A stretch of DNA of 64,000 nt from Nitrospinales bacterium (GCA_965223795.1 CBDCXL010000002.1:1408001-1472000); one strand, 5' to 3'. Positions 17,532 to 29,104 are shown, counted from the first letter of the stretch. Program-made: numbers and translations. Notes: generated from the letters alone by a model not told the origin.

Positions 17532-20465
17532 ATGTTTGAACGATTCAAACTCAAATACGCTGCCATAAGATCGCTGCTCTGTTCGCGCATCGTGACCGTT
17601 TCGATGTTGTTGTGCGTATTTTTATTTTCGGGTTTCACCGGCGCGAGTTTCGCCGGTGAAAAACTCACCGCGTTTGCACCGGTAATCGCGGATTCATTTC
17701 TCACGAACACCAGCACTGCGTTTGCCGCCCAAGCGTCCACCTCTGCTGCGCCCCCTTCCGCAACGAGCGCGGGCCTTCTGGGAACCGGCGGGTTCGACCT
17801 TCGGGACCGGCTGCTGCTCGGCTTTGAACTTCTTTCCCTGCTGTTTCTGATCGTTCTTTTCTTCCAGGTTCGTAAACGCGCCATCGAACGCGAACGCTCC
17901 AAGGCGCAGGAACAAATCCGCCAGAACGAAACGCGCATGGACAAGGTCCTGCATCATGTGGTGGACGGCTTCGTCACCCTGGACGCGGAAGGAACGATCG
18001 ACAGCTTCAACCCGGCGGCGGAACGCATATTCGGACATCGGGCGGCGGACATCCTCGGCAAACACTTCGGTCTGCTGATCGCGCAACCGGACCGGGACAG
18101 CACGACGGCGTCACCGAAACAACTGCTTGAGTCATTGGCCGGCGATCTCGCGGAACGAACGGGGCTGCGCCGGGACGGCACGGAATTTCCCCTGGAGATC
18201 GCCATCAGCGAATTCACGGATGCGGGCAGGCCGGCCTACACCGCTGTTTTGCGGGACATCACGGAACGCAAGCGGCAGGAGGAAGCGCTGCGCCAGGAGA
18301 CGGCTTACGTGCAGCTTTTGCAGGAAGTCTCAGGAGCCGCCAACGAAGCGGAAACGCTGGAGCAGGCGATCCAGATGACGCTGGAAAAAATCTGCAACCT
18401 GACCGGCTGGTCCATCGGCCATTTGTATCTTCCCAACGGCGACACGCCTCCCGATCTGATTTCGACGCCGGTGTGGCACCTCAACGACCCGCAGCGCCTG
18501 GCGGCGTTCCGCGAAGCCACGGACCGGCAAACCTTGAAATACGGAGAAAGCCTGCCCGGCAAGGTGCTCGCCACGGGCGAGCACAGCTGGATCCGCCGGT
18601 TCGCGCTGGACACCGCGCACAAGCGCAGCCGCCTGGCCGCAGAGTTCGGCATCGAAAGCGGCTTCGCGTTTCCCATCCTGATCGGCCGCGAGGTGGTCGG
18701 TGTGATGGAGTTCTTCTCGACGTTCGTCATGCCTCCGGATCAGCGTCTTCTGGATGTGATCGACCAGATCGGCACCCAGCTGGGACGCGTGGTGGAGCGC
18801 AAACGGGCGGAGAACGAAATCATTCGCGCGAAAGAAAAGGCGGAAGCGGCGCAGCAGGCGGCCGACCGCGCCAGCCAGGCGAAAAGCGAGTTTCTCGCCA
18901 ACATGAGCCATGAAATCCGCACGCCCATGAACGCCATCATCGGGATGAGCGATCTGTTGTCCGAATCCGAGCTGACCGACGATCAGCGGCAGCTGGTCAA
19001 GGTGTTCAAAGGCGCGGGGGAAAACCTGCTCTTTCTCATCGACGACATCCTCGATATCTCCAAGGTCGAGTCGGGTCAGATCGAGCTGGAAGCCATCGAC
19101 TTCAACCTGCGGGCGCTGGTTGAAAAGACGATCGAAATCCTGGATCTCAAGGCGCAGGAAAAGGGACTGTCGCTCAACTATCACTTTTCACCGGATGTGC
19201 CGAGCCACCTGATCGGCGATTCGCACCGGCTGCGACAGGTGTTCACCAACCTGATCGGCAACGCCATCAAATTCACCGAACAGGGCGAGGTTCTGGTGCG
19301 GGTGGACAAGGATCCGGATGATGCGGACCCCGGCGCGCTGTTGTTTTCCGTGTCGGACACGGGTGTCGGGATCGCGGAAGAAAAGCTGGAGACGATCTTC
19401 TCCAGTTTTTCCCAGGCGGATTCCTCGACCACGCGCAAGTTCGGCGGCACCGGGCTGGGGCTTGCGATCACCCGCAAACTGATTTCACTGATGAGCGGAC
19501 GCATCTGGGTGGACAGCGAGGTGTCGCGGGGCAGCACATTTTATTTCACCGTGCGTTTTCAGATTCAGGACGCGGCGCCGCAGGCGCCGGAGCACAAACC
19601 GGAACGGCTGCAGGGCCTGAAAACGCTGTGGATCGAGCACCGCCCTTCCATCCGCGGCATGGTGCGGGATCAGCTTGCGGACTGGGGGCTCAAGGTCACG
19701 GCGGTGCAAAACGCGCAACGGGCCCTGGATGCTCTCGCCAAAGCCAAGCGTGCCGGCGCCCCCTTTCAACTGCTTTTGCTCAACAGCCGGCTTCCCGGCA
19801 TCGGCGGATTCGGTCTGCTGGAACGGATGGAAAAGGAACACGGCGTGCGGCTGCCGACGCTGATGATCCTGCCGATCGACACCCGCAAGGGCGATCTGGA
19901 AACCTGCCGGGACAATGGCATCGTCGACTACATGACCAAATTCATCCAGCCGGAAACGCTGATGGAAAAAATCAACACGACGCTGGGTTTCGACCTTCCG
20001 CAGCAGGAAAGGGAAAAGCAGCACGTTCTCAAAGCAATCGGCACCCCGCCGGAACGGGCGCTGCAGATCCTTCTGGTCGAGGATTCCGACGACAACCGCC
20101 TGCTGGTGCAGCTCTACCTCAAGAACACGCCGCACGCTCTCGATACGGCGGAACACGGCGAGGAGGCGATCGACATGTATGCCCGTGGACAATATGATCT
20201 GGTGTTCATGGACATGCAGATGCCGGTCATGGACGGCTACACGGCGACGCGCAAGATCCGCGCGCTGGAACGCCTGACCGACCGGCCGCAGATCCCTATC
20301 GTGGCGCTGACGTCGCACGCGCTCAAGGGGGACATGGAAAAATGCCTGGACTCGGGCTGCACGAATTTCGTGTCCAAACCGATACGCAAGGACCAGCTGC
20401 TCGAAACCATCCGCCATTACGCTGAAAAAGCGGAAAGCACCGCCGGCCACAACGCGGCGCGCTGA
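17532..20465 (+). CDS. Hybrid sensor histidine kinase (TM-PAS-GAF-HisKA-HATPase-pseudoREC-REC)
   Basis: [47 protein letters not shown], terminal REC MDMQMP; start uncertain. Confidence 0.93.
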   Translation: MFERFKLKYAAIRSLLCSRIVTVSMLLCVFLFSGFTGASFAGEKLTAFAPVIADSFLTNTSTAFAAQASTSAAPPSATSAGLLGTGGFDLRDRLLLGFELLSLLFLIVLFFQVRKRAIERERSKAQEQIRQNETRMDKVLHHVVDGFVTLDAEGTIDSFNPAAERIFGHRAADILGKHFGLLIAQPDRDSTTASPKQLLESLAGDLAERTGLRRDGTEFPLEIAISEFTDAGRPAYTAVLRDITERKRQEEALRQETAYVQLLQEVSGAANEAETLEQAIQMTLEKICNLTGWSIGHLYLPNGDTPPDLISTPVWHLNDPQRLAAFREATDRQTLKYGESLPGKVLATGEHSWIRRFALDTAHKRSRLAAEFGIESGFAFPILIGREVVGVMEFFSTFVMPPDQRLLDVIDQIGTQLGRVVERKRAENEIIRAKEKAEAAQQAADRASQAKSEFLANMSHEIRTPMNAIIGMSDLLSESELTDDQRQLVKVFKGAGENLLFLIDDILDISKVESGQIELEAIDFNLRALVEKTIEILDLKAQEKGLSLNYHFSPDVPSHLIGDSHRLRQVFTNLIGNAIKFTEQGEVLVRVDKDPDDADPGALLFSVSDTGVGIAEEKLETIFSSFSQADSSTTRKFGGTGLGLAITRKLISLMSGRIWVDSEVSRGSTFYFTVRFQIQDAAPQAPEHKPERLQGLKTLWIEHRPSIRGMVRDQLADWGLKVTAVQNAQRALDALAKAKRAGAPFQLLLLNSRLPGIGGFGLLERMEKEHGVRLPTLMILPIDTRKGDLETCRDNGIVDYMTKFIQPETLMEKINTTLGFDLPQQEREKQHVLKAIGTPPERALQILLVEDSDDNRLLVQLYLKNTPHALDTAEHGEEAIDMYARGQYDLVFMDMQMPVMDGYTATRKIRALERLTDRPQIPIVALTSHALKGDMEKCLDSGCTNFVSKPIRKDQLLETIRHYAEKAESTAGHNAAR

Positions 20466-20609
20466 CGCCTGCCCACACGCCTCATCTCATTAAAACCGGT
20501 TTAAAATGAAGGCATGCCGCAGTGGAGCGCGGTTGGACGGAAGAGTGCGTTTTTTTCAACGGCACTCTGTGTTTTCAGGATGGAAACTTCGATGCGAGGG
20601 GCAACGGAT

Positions 20610-20825
20610 TCAGTGGTCTTTGGAGACGACCGTTCTCCACTTGGTGCTTTTTAGATAAATCAGCATGTTGGGGGAATTCTGCATGTGGTTGATGGCGACC
20701 ACTTCCCAGTACCGGCTGCCCAGCTCGGAAAGCCTTTTTTCAAGTTCCAGCACCTCCCCCTCGGACACCGGAATGGGTTCCTTCAAAATCTTGTAATTCC
20801 ACTGATACTTTTCAAACACAGCCAT
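20610..20825 (-). CDS. Small DUF4177-like protein
   Basis: WNYKIL...LEKRLSELGSRYWEVV; AGGAAGGA upstream of ATG 20825. Confidence 0.6.
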   Translation of the reverse strand: MAVFEKYQWNYKILKEPIPVSEGEVLELEKRLSELGSRYWEVVAINHMQNSPNMLIYLKSTKWRTVVSKDH

Positions 20826-21402
20826 GAGGGTCCTTCCTGTTTGAAGATCGTTTGATTTCCTTTTCGCCGCCGGAACAGGAAGCCTTTGCCCTGCTTTTCT
20901 TAATGATTCGACGGCCCTGCCGGAAAAATAAAACGGTTTGCTCAAAATAAAGCAATCTTTATACCAATTTCAGGGGACTGGGCGCATATTGCGCTCATGC
21001 CCACAACTCCGAAACCGGCTGCAACTCCTATGGAACAGGGAGCGGGTCCCCATCGGAAAGCGGTCCTTCGGCCCCCTTTGCGCTCGCGCAAATTGTCACC
21101 CGCAAACCCCTGATACATAATGACTTGCGCACAGTCTCGCAATGGGTTTGATTTTTTGGGGTTAATGCCCAGCCTAAAAAGGGCGGGTTTCATGTTCCTC
21201 AAAGGTTCTGGAAAGTCGTTGCCAATGAAATCTTTCCCGACTCGCTGCCGCCTCCACCGGCGGATGGGACTCCGGTTTGCGGCTGGACCGGGGCCTTTTT
21301 TGACAAATTTTGTCAATCCAACGGCCCTGCTGAAGATTTACATACGATTTTTGTCATCCCAGGCAGGGGGCTTGTGACTGAATTTCTGTGCCTTTCCGGA
21401 GC

Positions 21403-21418
21403 TGGCATGGGACTTGCT
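21403..21418 (+). promoter_or_regulatory. Sigma-54 (-24/-12) promoter
   Basis: TGGCATGGGACTTGCT, canonical GG-N10-GC spacing, ~80 bp upstream of a gene with an AAGGAGG RBS. Confidence 0.7.
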
Positions 21419-21495
21419 CTAACACAGGATCAAGAGGGTGTGATGTGGATCACATAGCCCCTCACCGTCATTCATCTAGAAGGAGGATTCGTATC

Positions 21496-21846
21496 ATGAA
21501 TCGAGAGAATCGGGGCCTGGCACGTTCGCTGTTCGTACGCAAAGCCATCCTGAGGATGCTGGAAGTCGTACTGGGCGTCAATCATCCGATGGTTGCCAAG
21601 TACCTGAACTACCTGGGAAAAAATTATAAAGTGAAGGGCAACACGGCGAAAGCGGAATTGTTTTATGTGCGTTCTCTGCAGATCCGTGAGGATGTGCTGG
21701 GACCGGAACATCCTGAAGTTGCGGATTCGCTGACGCGCCTTGCCAGTCTCTATGAGGAAATGAAAGATTTCGCCCGCTCCAAACCGCTGCACCAGCGTGC
21801 CGAAAAAATCTTCCAGAAGGTGGAACACTCGGCCGTCGCCTGCTGA
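21496..21846 (+). CDS. Small TPR protein (kinesin-light-chain-type repeats)
   Basis: LGVNHPMVAKYLNYLG and LGPEHPEVADSLTRLA repeats; AAGGAGG RBS. Confidence 0.8.
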   Translation: MNRENRGLARSLFVRKAILRMLEVVLGVNHPMVAKYLNYLGKNYKVKGNTAKAELFYVRSLQIREDVLGPEHPEVADSLTRLASLYEEMKDFARSKPLHQRAEKIFQKVEHSAVAC

Positions 21847-21988
21847 TCACCCCCAGCGGACGGCCTTGCGTTTAGGCAATGGCTGTCTGCTCTTTTAGAG
21901 GCTCGCGAGGTCGCGGCCGCACGGCCGCGAACACCTCTCCCGCCTTCCCCGCATCCGTTCCCTGCATTGCCGCTGCGGTGCGCTGCTT

Positions 21989-22756
21989 TCAGGGCGCCTC
22001 TGTTTTCTTACGCAGATTCACGCTGGATTGCGCCAGCGTTCTGAGCGCCTGTCTGCCTTCGTTGAGCAGGGAGGGTTGCGTGTCCTTTTGCGCCCGGAGC
22101 TCGAGGATGAGGACGTCTTTTTCCAGGGGAATTCCGTACAGGGTTCTCGGCTCTCCCGCCAGGGTGACGTCACCGCGGTGCAGCGTTCCCAGTTCCGCGA
22201 AGCGCTCCTGGGTGAGGGTGAGCGCGCCGGGTGATCCCGCTGGATGAAATTCCGGAAACACGTGCAGGTAGCCTTTGATCAGATCGCCGGGAATGGGGTC
22301 GAGGCTGTCGTAGTGCCATTTGCGGAACAACTGCGCCAGATCCCGCTCTGAAGTGGAAGCGGCAAGAATGAGCATTTTTCCGGAAACGTGGCGGAATCCG
22401 ATGTCCACCGAAAACAGATTTTTCTCTTTCGGCCGCACGGTTTTGGGCAGCCGGTCGCGGGTGAAATCGCTGCGGCTTCTTTCGCGGCTGTATTTGAAGT
22501 AGCGCTCCGAGGGCTGAGGCTCGATGACCCGAAAGCCGTATTCCCGGGTGTACGTCCACGCATCCGGATCGACCTGCCAGCCGGGACCCGGCAGGGTGAA
22601 CGCATAGCCGCGAAACCCCTGCACAAAGCGGTCGTCCTCGACCCTTTTCGACGAACAGGCGGACGCCAGGGCGACCGCGGACAGCACAGCCAGCGCCAGA
22701 CACAAAAACGCTTTAACAGACATCTGTTTGCAATCCGATTGCGGGGAATCTTTCAT
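21989..22756 (-). CDS. Hypothetical lipoprotein
   Basis: Hydrophobic leader with ASAC lipobox. Confidence 0.7.
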   Translation of the reverse strand: MKDSPQSDCKQMSVKAFLCLALAVLSAVALASACSSKRVEDDRFVQGFRGYAFTLPGPGWQVDPDAWTYTREYGFRVIEPQPSERYFKYSRERSRSDFTRDRLPKTVRPKEKNLFSVDIGFRHVSGKMLILAASTSERDLAQLFRKWHYDSLDPIPGDLIKGYLHVFPEFHPAGSPGALTLTQERFAELGTLHRGDVTLAGEPRTLYGIPLEKDVLILELRAQKDTQPSLLNEGRQALRTLAQSSVNLRKKTEAP

Positions 22757-23174
22757 ATGGGTTTTTAATCGGGGATCCGGGTGACGGAGACGCCTTCATG
22801 ATAGCAGGGGAGATCCTATCGGGTGCGATGAAAAACCCAAAGGGCCCACATCACATACCGGCGATCCTTATTTGCGCAATTGGGTGCGGATTTTCAGGTT
22901 GATGCGGCGTCTCCCCGGCATGCCGGACAGCGCAAAACGGGCTTTGCATGCGGGCGGACGGCTGTCATAACTCATTGACTCTTTGTGCTTAATTCGCTAC
23001 TCTATTAGTACCTTTTCCTTCTTTGTATTATTAAATTTGCGCGAATTCTCTCCGATTGGTTGAGAATGCACGGGTTACACGATCGCCTTCTGAGCGGTGT
23101 GCTTTTCAAGCCGGCCCGCAATGCGGTCCCGGCTGGCTAACGGCGAACAACTCTTCAATGATCAAGGTTTTTTC

Positions 23175-23636
23175 ATGACAAGGAACGCCAACGACCACGT
23201 GATCCTGGTCGTCGAGGACAGCGATGTCGATTATGAAACAACGCGGCGCGCGCTGCGTGCGGCGGGGATCGAGAAAGGACTCCGGCGCTGCCTCGATGGG
23301 GAAAGCGTTCTGGATTATCTATACCGCCGCGGTGAGTACAGCGACCCGAAAGACGCGCCCAGGCCTTATCTGATCCTCATGGATCTCAACCTTCCGGGGA
23401 CCGACGGCAGACAGGTGATCGAGGAAATCAAGAACGACGCGAAGCTGCGCTGGATCCCCATCGTCGTGCTGTCCACTTCGTCTTACCCCAAAGACATCGA
23501 AGAAACGTACCGCGCGGGCGTCAACGCCTATATCCACAAATCCATCGAGCTGGAAAACTTTTTCAGCACCATCAAAGTCTTTAAGGAGTTCTGGCTGCAA
23601 ACGGCCTGGCTCCCCATGGAGGAAGCCGGACCGTGA
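23175..23636 (+). CDS. Single-domain response regulator (Rcp1-like)
   Basis: ILVVEDS, PRPYLILMDLNLPGTDG, IPIVVLSTS, FWL. Confidence 0.9.
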   Translation: MTRNANDHVILVVEDSDVDYETTRRALRAAGIEKGLRRCLDGESVLDYLYRRGEYSDPKDAPRPYLILMDLNLPGTDGRQVIEEIKNDAKLRWIPIVVLSTSSYPKDIEETYRAGVNAYIHKSIELENFFSTIKVFKEFWLQTAWLPMEEAGP

Positions 23637-24670
23637 ACGCACCCCGTATTAAAGTGCTCTTGATCGACGACGCCCGCGAAGACCGGGAAACGTACAGCCG
23701 CCTGATTCGCCAAGGCCTGTATCAGGATTGCCGCATTCTGGAAAGCGGCGATGGGGAAGAGGGGCTGGATCTCTGTCTCAAGGAACACCCGGACTGTGTG
23801 CTTCTCGATTACCGTCTTCCGGATATCGACGGTCTGGATTTTTTGTCGCGGCTCAAAGCGGTTTCGTTTTCCGGGGCGCTGATCATGATCACCGGGCAGG
23901 GCGATGAAACGGTGGCGGTGCAGGCGATCAAGGAAGGGGCCGCGGATTACCTGATCAAGGACCGGCTCACGGTCGAACTATTACAGGCGAGCATCACCAG
24001 GGCTCTCAAGAACAAGAAACTTGTGGAAGCGAAAAAGCGGGCGGAGGAAAAGCTCAAGGATCACACGGTGAAACTGAAAAAAAGCAACGAAAGCAAAGAC
24101 AGTCTGATCCGGGAACTCACCCTGCTGAGAAACCAGCTCGAGGTCTCCGCCAAAACCGATCCCTTGACCGGACTTTTCAACCGCCGGGAACTGGAAGAGA
24201 AACTCCGCTACGAAAAAATCCGCTTCGAGCGTTCGCGCAAACCGTTTTCGGTGATCATGGCCGACATAGACCATTTCAAAAAAGTCAATGACACGTACGG
24301 CCACGAAGCGGGAGACCGTGTGCTGAAAGGAGTCGCGGACATGCTGATTCAGCAATCCCGAAAGCAGGATGTGGTCTGCCGCTGGGGCGGAGAGGAGTTC
24401 ATCATTTTTCTTCCGGAAACGCATCTTGAAGGCGCCGTCATCCTGGCCGGCAAACTGCGCACGCGCATCGAGTCGCAGCCCCTGCTGTCGCGGCCGGAAC
24501 CCGTCTCCGTCACCCTGAGTTTCGGCGTGAGCACCTACAACAACTCCCGTATGACACTCGAAACCCTGCTACAGGAAGCGGACACCTGCCTGTACGAGGC
24601 GAAACAGAAAGGCCGCAATTCTGTGAGCTACGTGTCGCACGTCAGCACCCTGCTGCAAAACCTCGCCTGA
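23633..24670 (+). CDS. REC-GGDEF diguanylate cyclase, predicted active
   Basis: REC; DPLTGLFNRR, DIDHFKKVNDTYGH, RKQD I-site, RWGGEEF. Confidence 0.93.
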   Translation: MNAPRIKVLLIDDAREDRETYSRLIRQGLYQDCRILESGDGEEGLDLCLKEHPDCVLLDYRLPDIDGLDFLSRLKAVSFSGALIMITGQGDETVAVQAIKEGAADYLIKDRLTVELLQASITRALKNKKLVEAKKRAEEKLKDHTVKLKKSNESKDSLIRELTLLRNQLEVSAKTDPLTGLFNRRELEEKLRYEKIRFERSRKPFSVIMADIDHFKKVNDTYGHEAGDRVLKGVADMLIQQSRKQDVVCRWGGEEFIIFLPETHLEGAVILAGKLRTRIESQPLLSRPEPVSVTLSFGVSTYNNSRMTLETLLQEADTCLYEAKQKGRNSVSYVSHVSTLLQNLA

Positions 24671-25033
24671 CCTTCAAACCGCCGTCATTCACTTCCTCAA
24701 GCCCGATTTCGGCTCCGCATTTGGGGCGTCTTAAGCTGCTCTGATGCTGCGAGTCACTACCCGGATCAGGGTATTTAACGGCCGGTTTTTCCGCTTCTTT
24801 CTCCAGTTGCGGCAGGCCCATACCCCACCCCGAAAACACGGTAACCACTTGTTTTATTGACTTTTTTATGGCGTTTGCTACAATTATATACACTACGCAT
24901 TTCTATGTACATTTAACGGCCCGCGCGCTGCCACGCATTTCCATGAGTGAGTCGATCGCACGCCGCCGCGCGGAAACGACCACAATTTAAGGGTCTTGAA
25001 ATCCGAGCCCCCGCACGATTTGGAGCTGTCACG

Positions 25034-26017
25034 ATGATGACGCAAAAGCCCGCCTTGAAACTGCTGATCGTGGACGACAATGCCGAAGACCGGGAGACCT
25101 ACAAGCGCCTTGTGAAAAACGTGAAAGAGGCCGAGTTTTCTTTTCTGGAATCAGAAACGGGAGAAGAAGGCCTTGGCCTGTGCGCGAAAGAAAATCCGGA
25201 CTGCATTCTTCTCGATTACATCCTGCCCGATATCGACGGGCTGCAATTCATCGCTTCACTGAAGGAAAAATCACTGAAGCAACCGGTGATCATGCTGACC
25301 GGACAGGGGGACGAAACGGTGGCGGTGCTGGCGATCAAGGAGGGTGCGGAAAACTACCTGGTCAAAGAACATATCACCTCTTCCCTGCTGCGGAACACGA
25401 TTTTCAAATCGCTGAAAAAAAACGGCAGCGCGGGCAACGGCAACGGGTCCATGGCGCATGGCAACGGCGGCACGAACGGACGCAGCAACGGCTCCGCGAA
25501 AGACAACGCGTCCGATGAACAGGCGCTGATCTCGGAAATCGAGATTTTGAAGAAAAAACTCAACGAAGGCACGACGGACCCGGTGACGGGTCTGCCCAAC
25601 CGCAAGGGGATGACGGAAAAAATTCATTCTGAAACACTCCGGTTCAAACGCAACCGGATGCCTTTCTCCATGATGGTCGCGGACATCGACGATTTCTCCC
25701 TGCTGCAGGCCAAGCACGGACCGGAAGCGGGCGAAGGCATTCTGAGGCAGGTGGGCGACATCCTGAAAAACTCCTGCCGGGAACTGGACATGGTCGGACG
25801 CTGGCAGGACGAGCGTTTTCTCATCCTGCTGCCGGAAACCAACCTAGACGGCGGTTCGGTGCTGGCGGAAAAGTTCTGCAAGCAGATCGAATCGGAGAAA
25901 TTCCGCTTCCAGAACGACGACATTCCACTCAGCATGAGCTTCCGGGTCGGGGTCTACGACGATCTCAATGTGAATATGGACGAATGCATTCAGCAGATGG
26001 ACGCCCGTTTTCACTGA
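25034..26017 (+). CDS. REC plus degenerate GGDEF protein
   Basis: REC paralogous to the previous gene; DPVTGLPNR; A-site reads QDERF; RELD I-site kept. Confidence 0.88.
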   Translation: MMTQKPALKLLIVDDNAEDRETYKRLVKNVKEAEFSFLESETGEEGLGLCAKENPDCILLDYILPDIDGLQFIASLKEKSLKQPVIMLTGQGDETVAVLAIKEGAENYLVKEHITSSLLRNTIFKSLKKNGSAGNGNGSMAHGNGGTNGRSNGSAKDNASDEQALISEIEILKKKLNEGTTDPVTGLPNRKGMTEKIHSETLRFKRNRMPFSMMVADIDDFSLLQAKHGPEAGEGILRQVGDILKNSCRELDMVGRWQDERFLILLPETNLDGGSVLAEKFCKQIESEKFRFQNDDIPLSMSFRVGVYDDLNVNMDECIQQMDARFH

Positions 26018-26308
26018 TCTGTGCCGCAGCGACCGCCCGTTGTGAAAAATACCCTTCCTTAAACAAGGCCGATTCCGCCTTTTTCACGCGTTGCCGCGTT
26101 GAGCCGAACGACTTCGCCAAATGGCATGAAATTCCGCGGCTTTTCGCAAACCCACTGCCACAGCCGTATCCGATCGCCCAAATCCAGGTATCGCTTTTCC
26201 GATGAAAATCCCCCATTTCGGCCCTCCCCCACCCTCAAATTTGAGCTAATTACTTGTTTTTTATGTATTTTTATGGCCTAATGAAGATTCATCCCTATAA
26301 ATAAAAAT

Positions 26309-27943
26309 ATGGCTGGGGCGAATCCCATGAGCGAATTAAAGTCATTCACCATTCCGCATACGCGGGGCAGCATCCTCACGAACCGTCTGTTTATGGTGGG
26401 TCTTCTGTGGACGGCGGTCATTCTGGCAATCGATCTGTCCGCTCCTCTGGGCGTGGCCGGCGGAGTGCCCTATGTCGGGCTGGTCCTGCTCAGCCTGTGG
26501 CTGCCGCAAAAGTGGTATATCAATCTCGCCGCAACGGGTGCCACGCTTCTCAACGTCATCGCGTTTTTCAAATCGTACACACCGTCCGCCGATCTGCTCA
26601 TCGTTCTTTCCAACCGGTTCATCGCTGTGTTCGCCATCTGGGTGACGGCGCTGTTGTGCTACCTGTACAAGCGCGACGAGGAAACACTGGAAGTGCGCAC
26701 CCGTGAGCTGGGGGAAACCCTGAAAACCGTCGAACAGATGAACCTTCAGCTTAAAGAAGCCAATCAGGAGCGCAGCCGGTTTCTGTCCTCCATGAGCCAT
26801 GAGCTGAGGACGCCCTTGAACGCCATTCTCGGATTCACCGACCTGTTGCGCGGCAAGTTTTTCGGCAGCCTGAACGACAAGCAACTGGGATACGTGACGC
26901 AGATTGAAAAAAGCGGCAAACACCTTCTCGATCTGATCAACGACCTTCTGGACATCGCGAAAATCGACGCGGGAGCCACCGAACTCAACCTTGAGGAATT
27001 CGACCCGAAAGAATTTCTGCTGGGCTCGGTGACGCTGATGCAGCCGCAATTCAAGAAAAAGGACCTGCAGGTCAAACTGTTCCTCGATCCCTCGCTGAAC
27101 ACGCTGACGGGAGACCGGCGCCGCTGCAACCAGATCATGCTCAACCTGCTTTCCAACGCCTACAAATACACGCCGCAGAACGGCCGCATCGAGGTCCGTA
27201 TCCTGAACAAGGGCGACGTCGCGAAATTTCTAGTGTCGGACACCGGCATCGGCATCCCCCAGGAGCATCAGGAAAATATCTTTTCCGAATTCCACCAGGC
27301 GGACCGGGAACGGGACGAAAACCTGGGCGGCACGGGCATCGGTCTGGCGTTGACACGCAGGCTGGTGGAATTTCACGGCGGCCAGATCGGCGTCGAAAGC
27401 GAGGAGGACAAAGGCAGCACCTTCTGGTTCACGCTGCCGGTGAATGCCCAGTCGCCGCAGCAGACCCCGTCCGTCGAAGAAGCCCCGAAACTGAACGATT
27501 CGGCGGTTTCGGGAAAACGCATTCTGGTGGTCGAGGACAACGAAGTCAATCTGGCGATGATCCTCGATATGCTGAGCATCTGCGACTTCAAGGTGATCGT
27601 CGCCCGCAACGGCCAGGAGGCTCTGGATCTCACGACAGCCAACAAACCCGACCTGATCCTCATGGACATCCGCATGCCCGTGATGGACGGCCTGGAAGCC
27701 ACCCGCAGACTGCGGGCGCAGCCGGAATTCGAAACGCTGCCCATCCTGGCGCTCACGGCCAGCGCCGGGCAGGAGGGCAAGGAAAAATGCTTTGAAGCAG
27801 GATGCACGGCGCATCTCTCCAAACCGATTCAATCGAAAGAACTGTTCGAGGCGCTTTCCAAACATCTGGGCCAGGACCTTTCCAGCGACATGGTCCTGCA
27901 CCCGGTGAAGAAAGAGGACGCCGCGGAAGAAGTGAATCCCTAA
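26309..27943 (+). CDS. Membrane-bound hybrid histidine kinase with C-terminal REC
   Basis: ~4 TM helices, MSHELRTPLN, NLLSNAYKYT, GGTGIGL, MDIRMP. Confidence 0.93.
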   Translation: MAGANPMSELKSFTIPHTRGSILTNRLFMVGLLWTAVILAIDLSAPLGVAGGVPYVGLVLLSLWLPQKWYINLAATGATLLNVIAFFKSYTPSADLLIVLSNRFIAVFAIWVTALLCYLYKRDEETLEVRTRELGETLKTVEQMNLQLKEANQERSRFLSSMSHELRTPLNAILGFTDLLRGKFFGSLNDKQLGYVTQIEKSGKHLLDLINDLLDIAKIDAGATELNLEEFDPKEFLLGSVTLMQPQFKKKDLQVKLFLDPSLNTLTGDRRRCNQIMLNLLSNAYKYTPQNGRIEVRILNKGDVAKFLVSDTGIGIPQEHQENIFSEFHQADRERDENLGGTGIGLALTRRLVEFHGGQIGVESEEDKGSTFWFTLPVNAQSPQQTPSVEEAPKLNDSAVSGKRILVVEDNEVNLAMILDMLSICDFKVIVARNGQEALDLTTANKPDLILMDIRMPVMDGLEATRRLRAQPEFETLPILALTASAGQEGKEKCFEAGCTAHLSKPIQSKELFEALSKHLGQDLSSDMVLHPVKKEDAAEEVNP

Positions 27944-27967
27944 AGGAAACAACGAGGACACGCCTGG

Positions 27968-29104
27968 ATGCTGTATTCGCCGTCACCTTCAAATAAAGAT
28001 CTTTCTCCGGTCAAGGAAAAGCAACAGGGAACCGAACAGGAAAAACCTTCCCGGCAGACGATTCTGATCGTGGACGATTCGGAAGCCAACCGCATGCTTC
28101 TCAACGATCAGATCTTCGCTCTCGGGCACACGCCCATGCTGGCGGAAAACGGTCTTTCTGCGCTCAGCAAGATCACCGAAAATCCCCCGAGCCTCATCCT
28201 CCTGGATGTGATGATGCCGGAGATGAACGGGATCGAAGTGCTGGACCGCCTGAAAGCCGACAGCCAGTTGTGCCACATTCCCGTGATCATGATTTCCGCG
28301 CTGGACCAGATGAACAGCATCGTTCACTGCATTCAGAACGGTGCGCTGGATTACCTGGTCAAGCCCTTCAACCCGACTCTTCTGAAAGCCAGGATCAACG
28401 CGGCGCTGGCCAGCAAGAAGCTGCGCGACCAGGAACAGGCGTACCGCAAAAAGATCGAAAACTACAATTCGCTGCTGGAGCAGAAGGTGCGGGAACGCAC
28501 CCGCGAGCTGGAGGAAACACGGCTGGAGGTGGTCCACCGCCTGGGACGCGCGGCGGAATACCGCGATTACGAAACCGGGATGCACGTCGTGCGCATGAGC
28601 CACCTGTGCCGGCTTCTGGGAAGCGCGGCGGGTATGGACGAGAAGACCTGTCAGCTTCTGCAATTGTCCAGCCCCATGCACGATATCGGCAAGATCGGGA
28701 TTCCCGATTACATCCTGCTCAAGCCGGACAAACTGAGCGACTCGGAATGGGAAGTCATGAAGACCCACACCACCATCGGCGGTAAAATCCTGGACGGCGG
28801 CCGCTCGGAGCTGATGAAAATGGCGAAAACGATCGCCCTCACCCATCAGGAAAAATGGGACGGCTCCGGTTATCCCAAAGGACTCAAAGAAAAGGAAATT
28901 CCGCTGGTCGGGCGCATTTCCGCTGTGTGCGACGTGTTCGACGCGCTGACTTCGGAAAGACCGTACAAAAAGGCATACTCGGTCGAAGAATCGATCCGCA
29001 TCATGGAAAAAGGCAGGGGACGGCATTTCGATCCGCAACTGTTCGATCTGTTCAAACAAAACCTGTCCGCCATGGTGGAGATCATCCAAAAATACAGAGA
29101 CTGA
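27968..29104 (+). CDS. REC-HD-GYP c-di-GMP phosphodiesterase (RpfG-like)
   Basis: REC; HDIGKIG, HQEKWDGSGYP, DVFDAL..RPYK. Confidence 0.93.
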   Translation: MLYSPSPSNKDLSPVKEKQQGTEQEKPSRQTILIVDDSEANRMLLNDQIFALGHTPMLAENGLSALSKITENPPSLILLDVMMPEMNGIEVLDRLKADSQLCHIPVIMISALDQMNSIVHCIQNGALDYLVKPFNPTLLKARINAALASKKLRDQEQAYRKKIENYNSLLEQKVRERTRELEETRLEVVHRLGRAAEYRDYETGMHVVRMSHLCRLLGSAAGMDEKTCQLLQLSSPMHDIGKIGIPDYILLKPDKLSDSEWEVMKTHTTIGGKILDGGRSELMKMAKTIALTHQEKWDGSGYPKGLKEKEIPLVGRISAVCDVFDALTSERPYKKAYSVEESIRIMEKGRGRHFDPQLFDLFKQNLSAMVEIIQKYRD

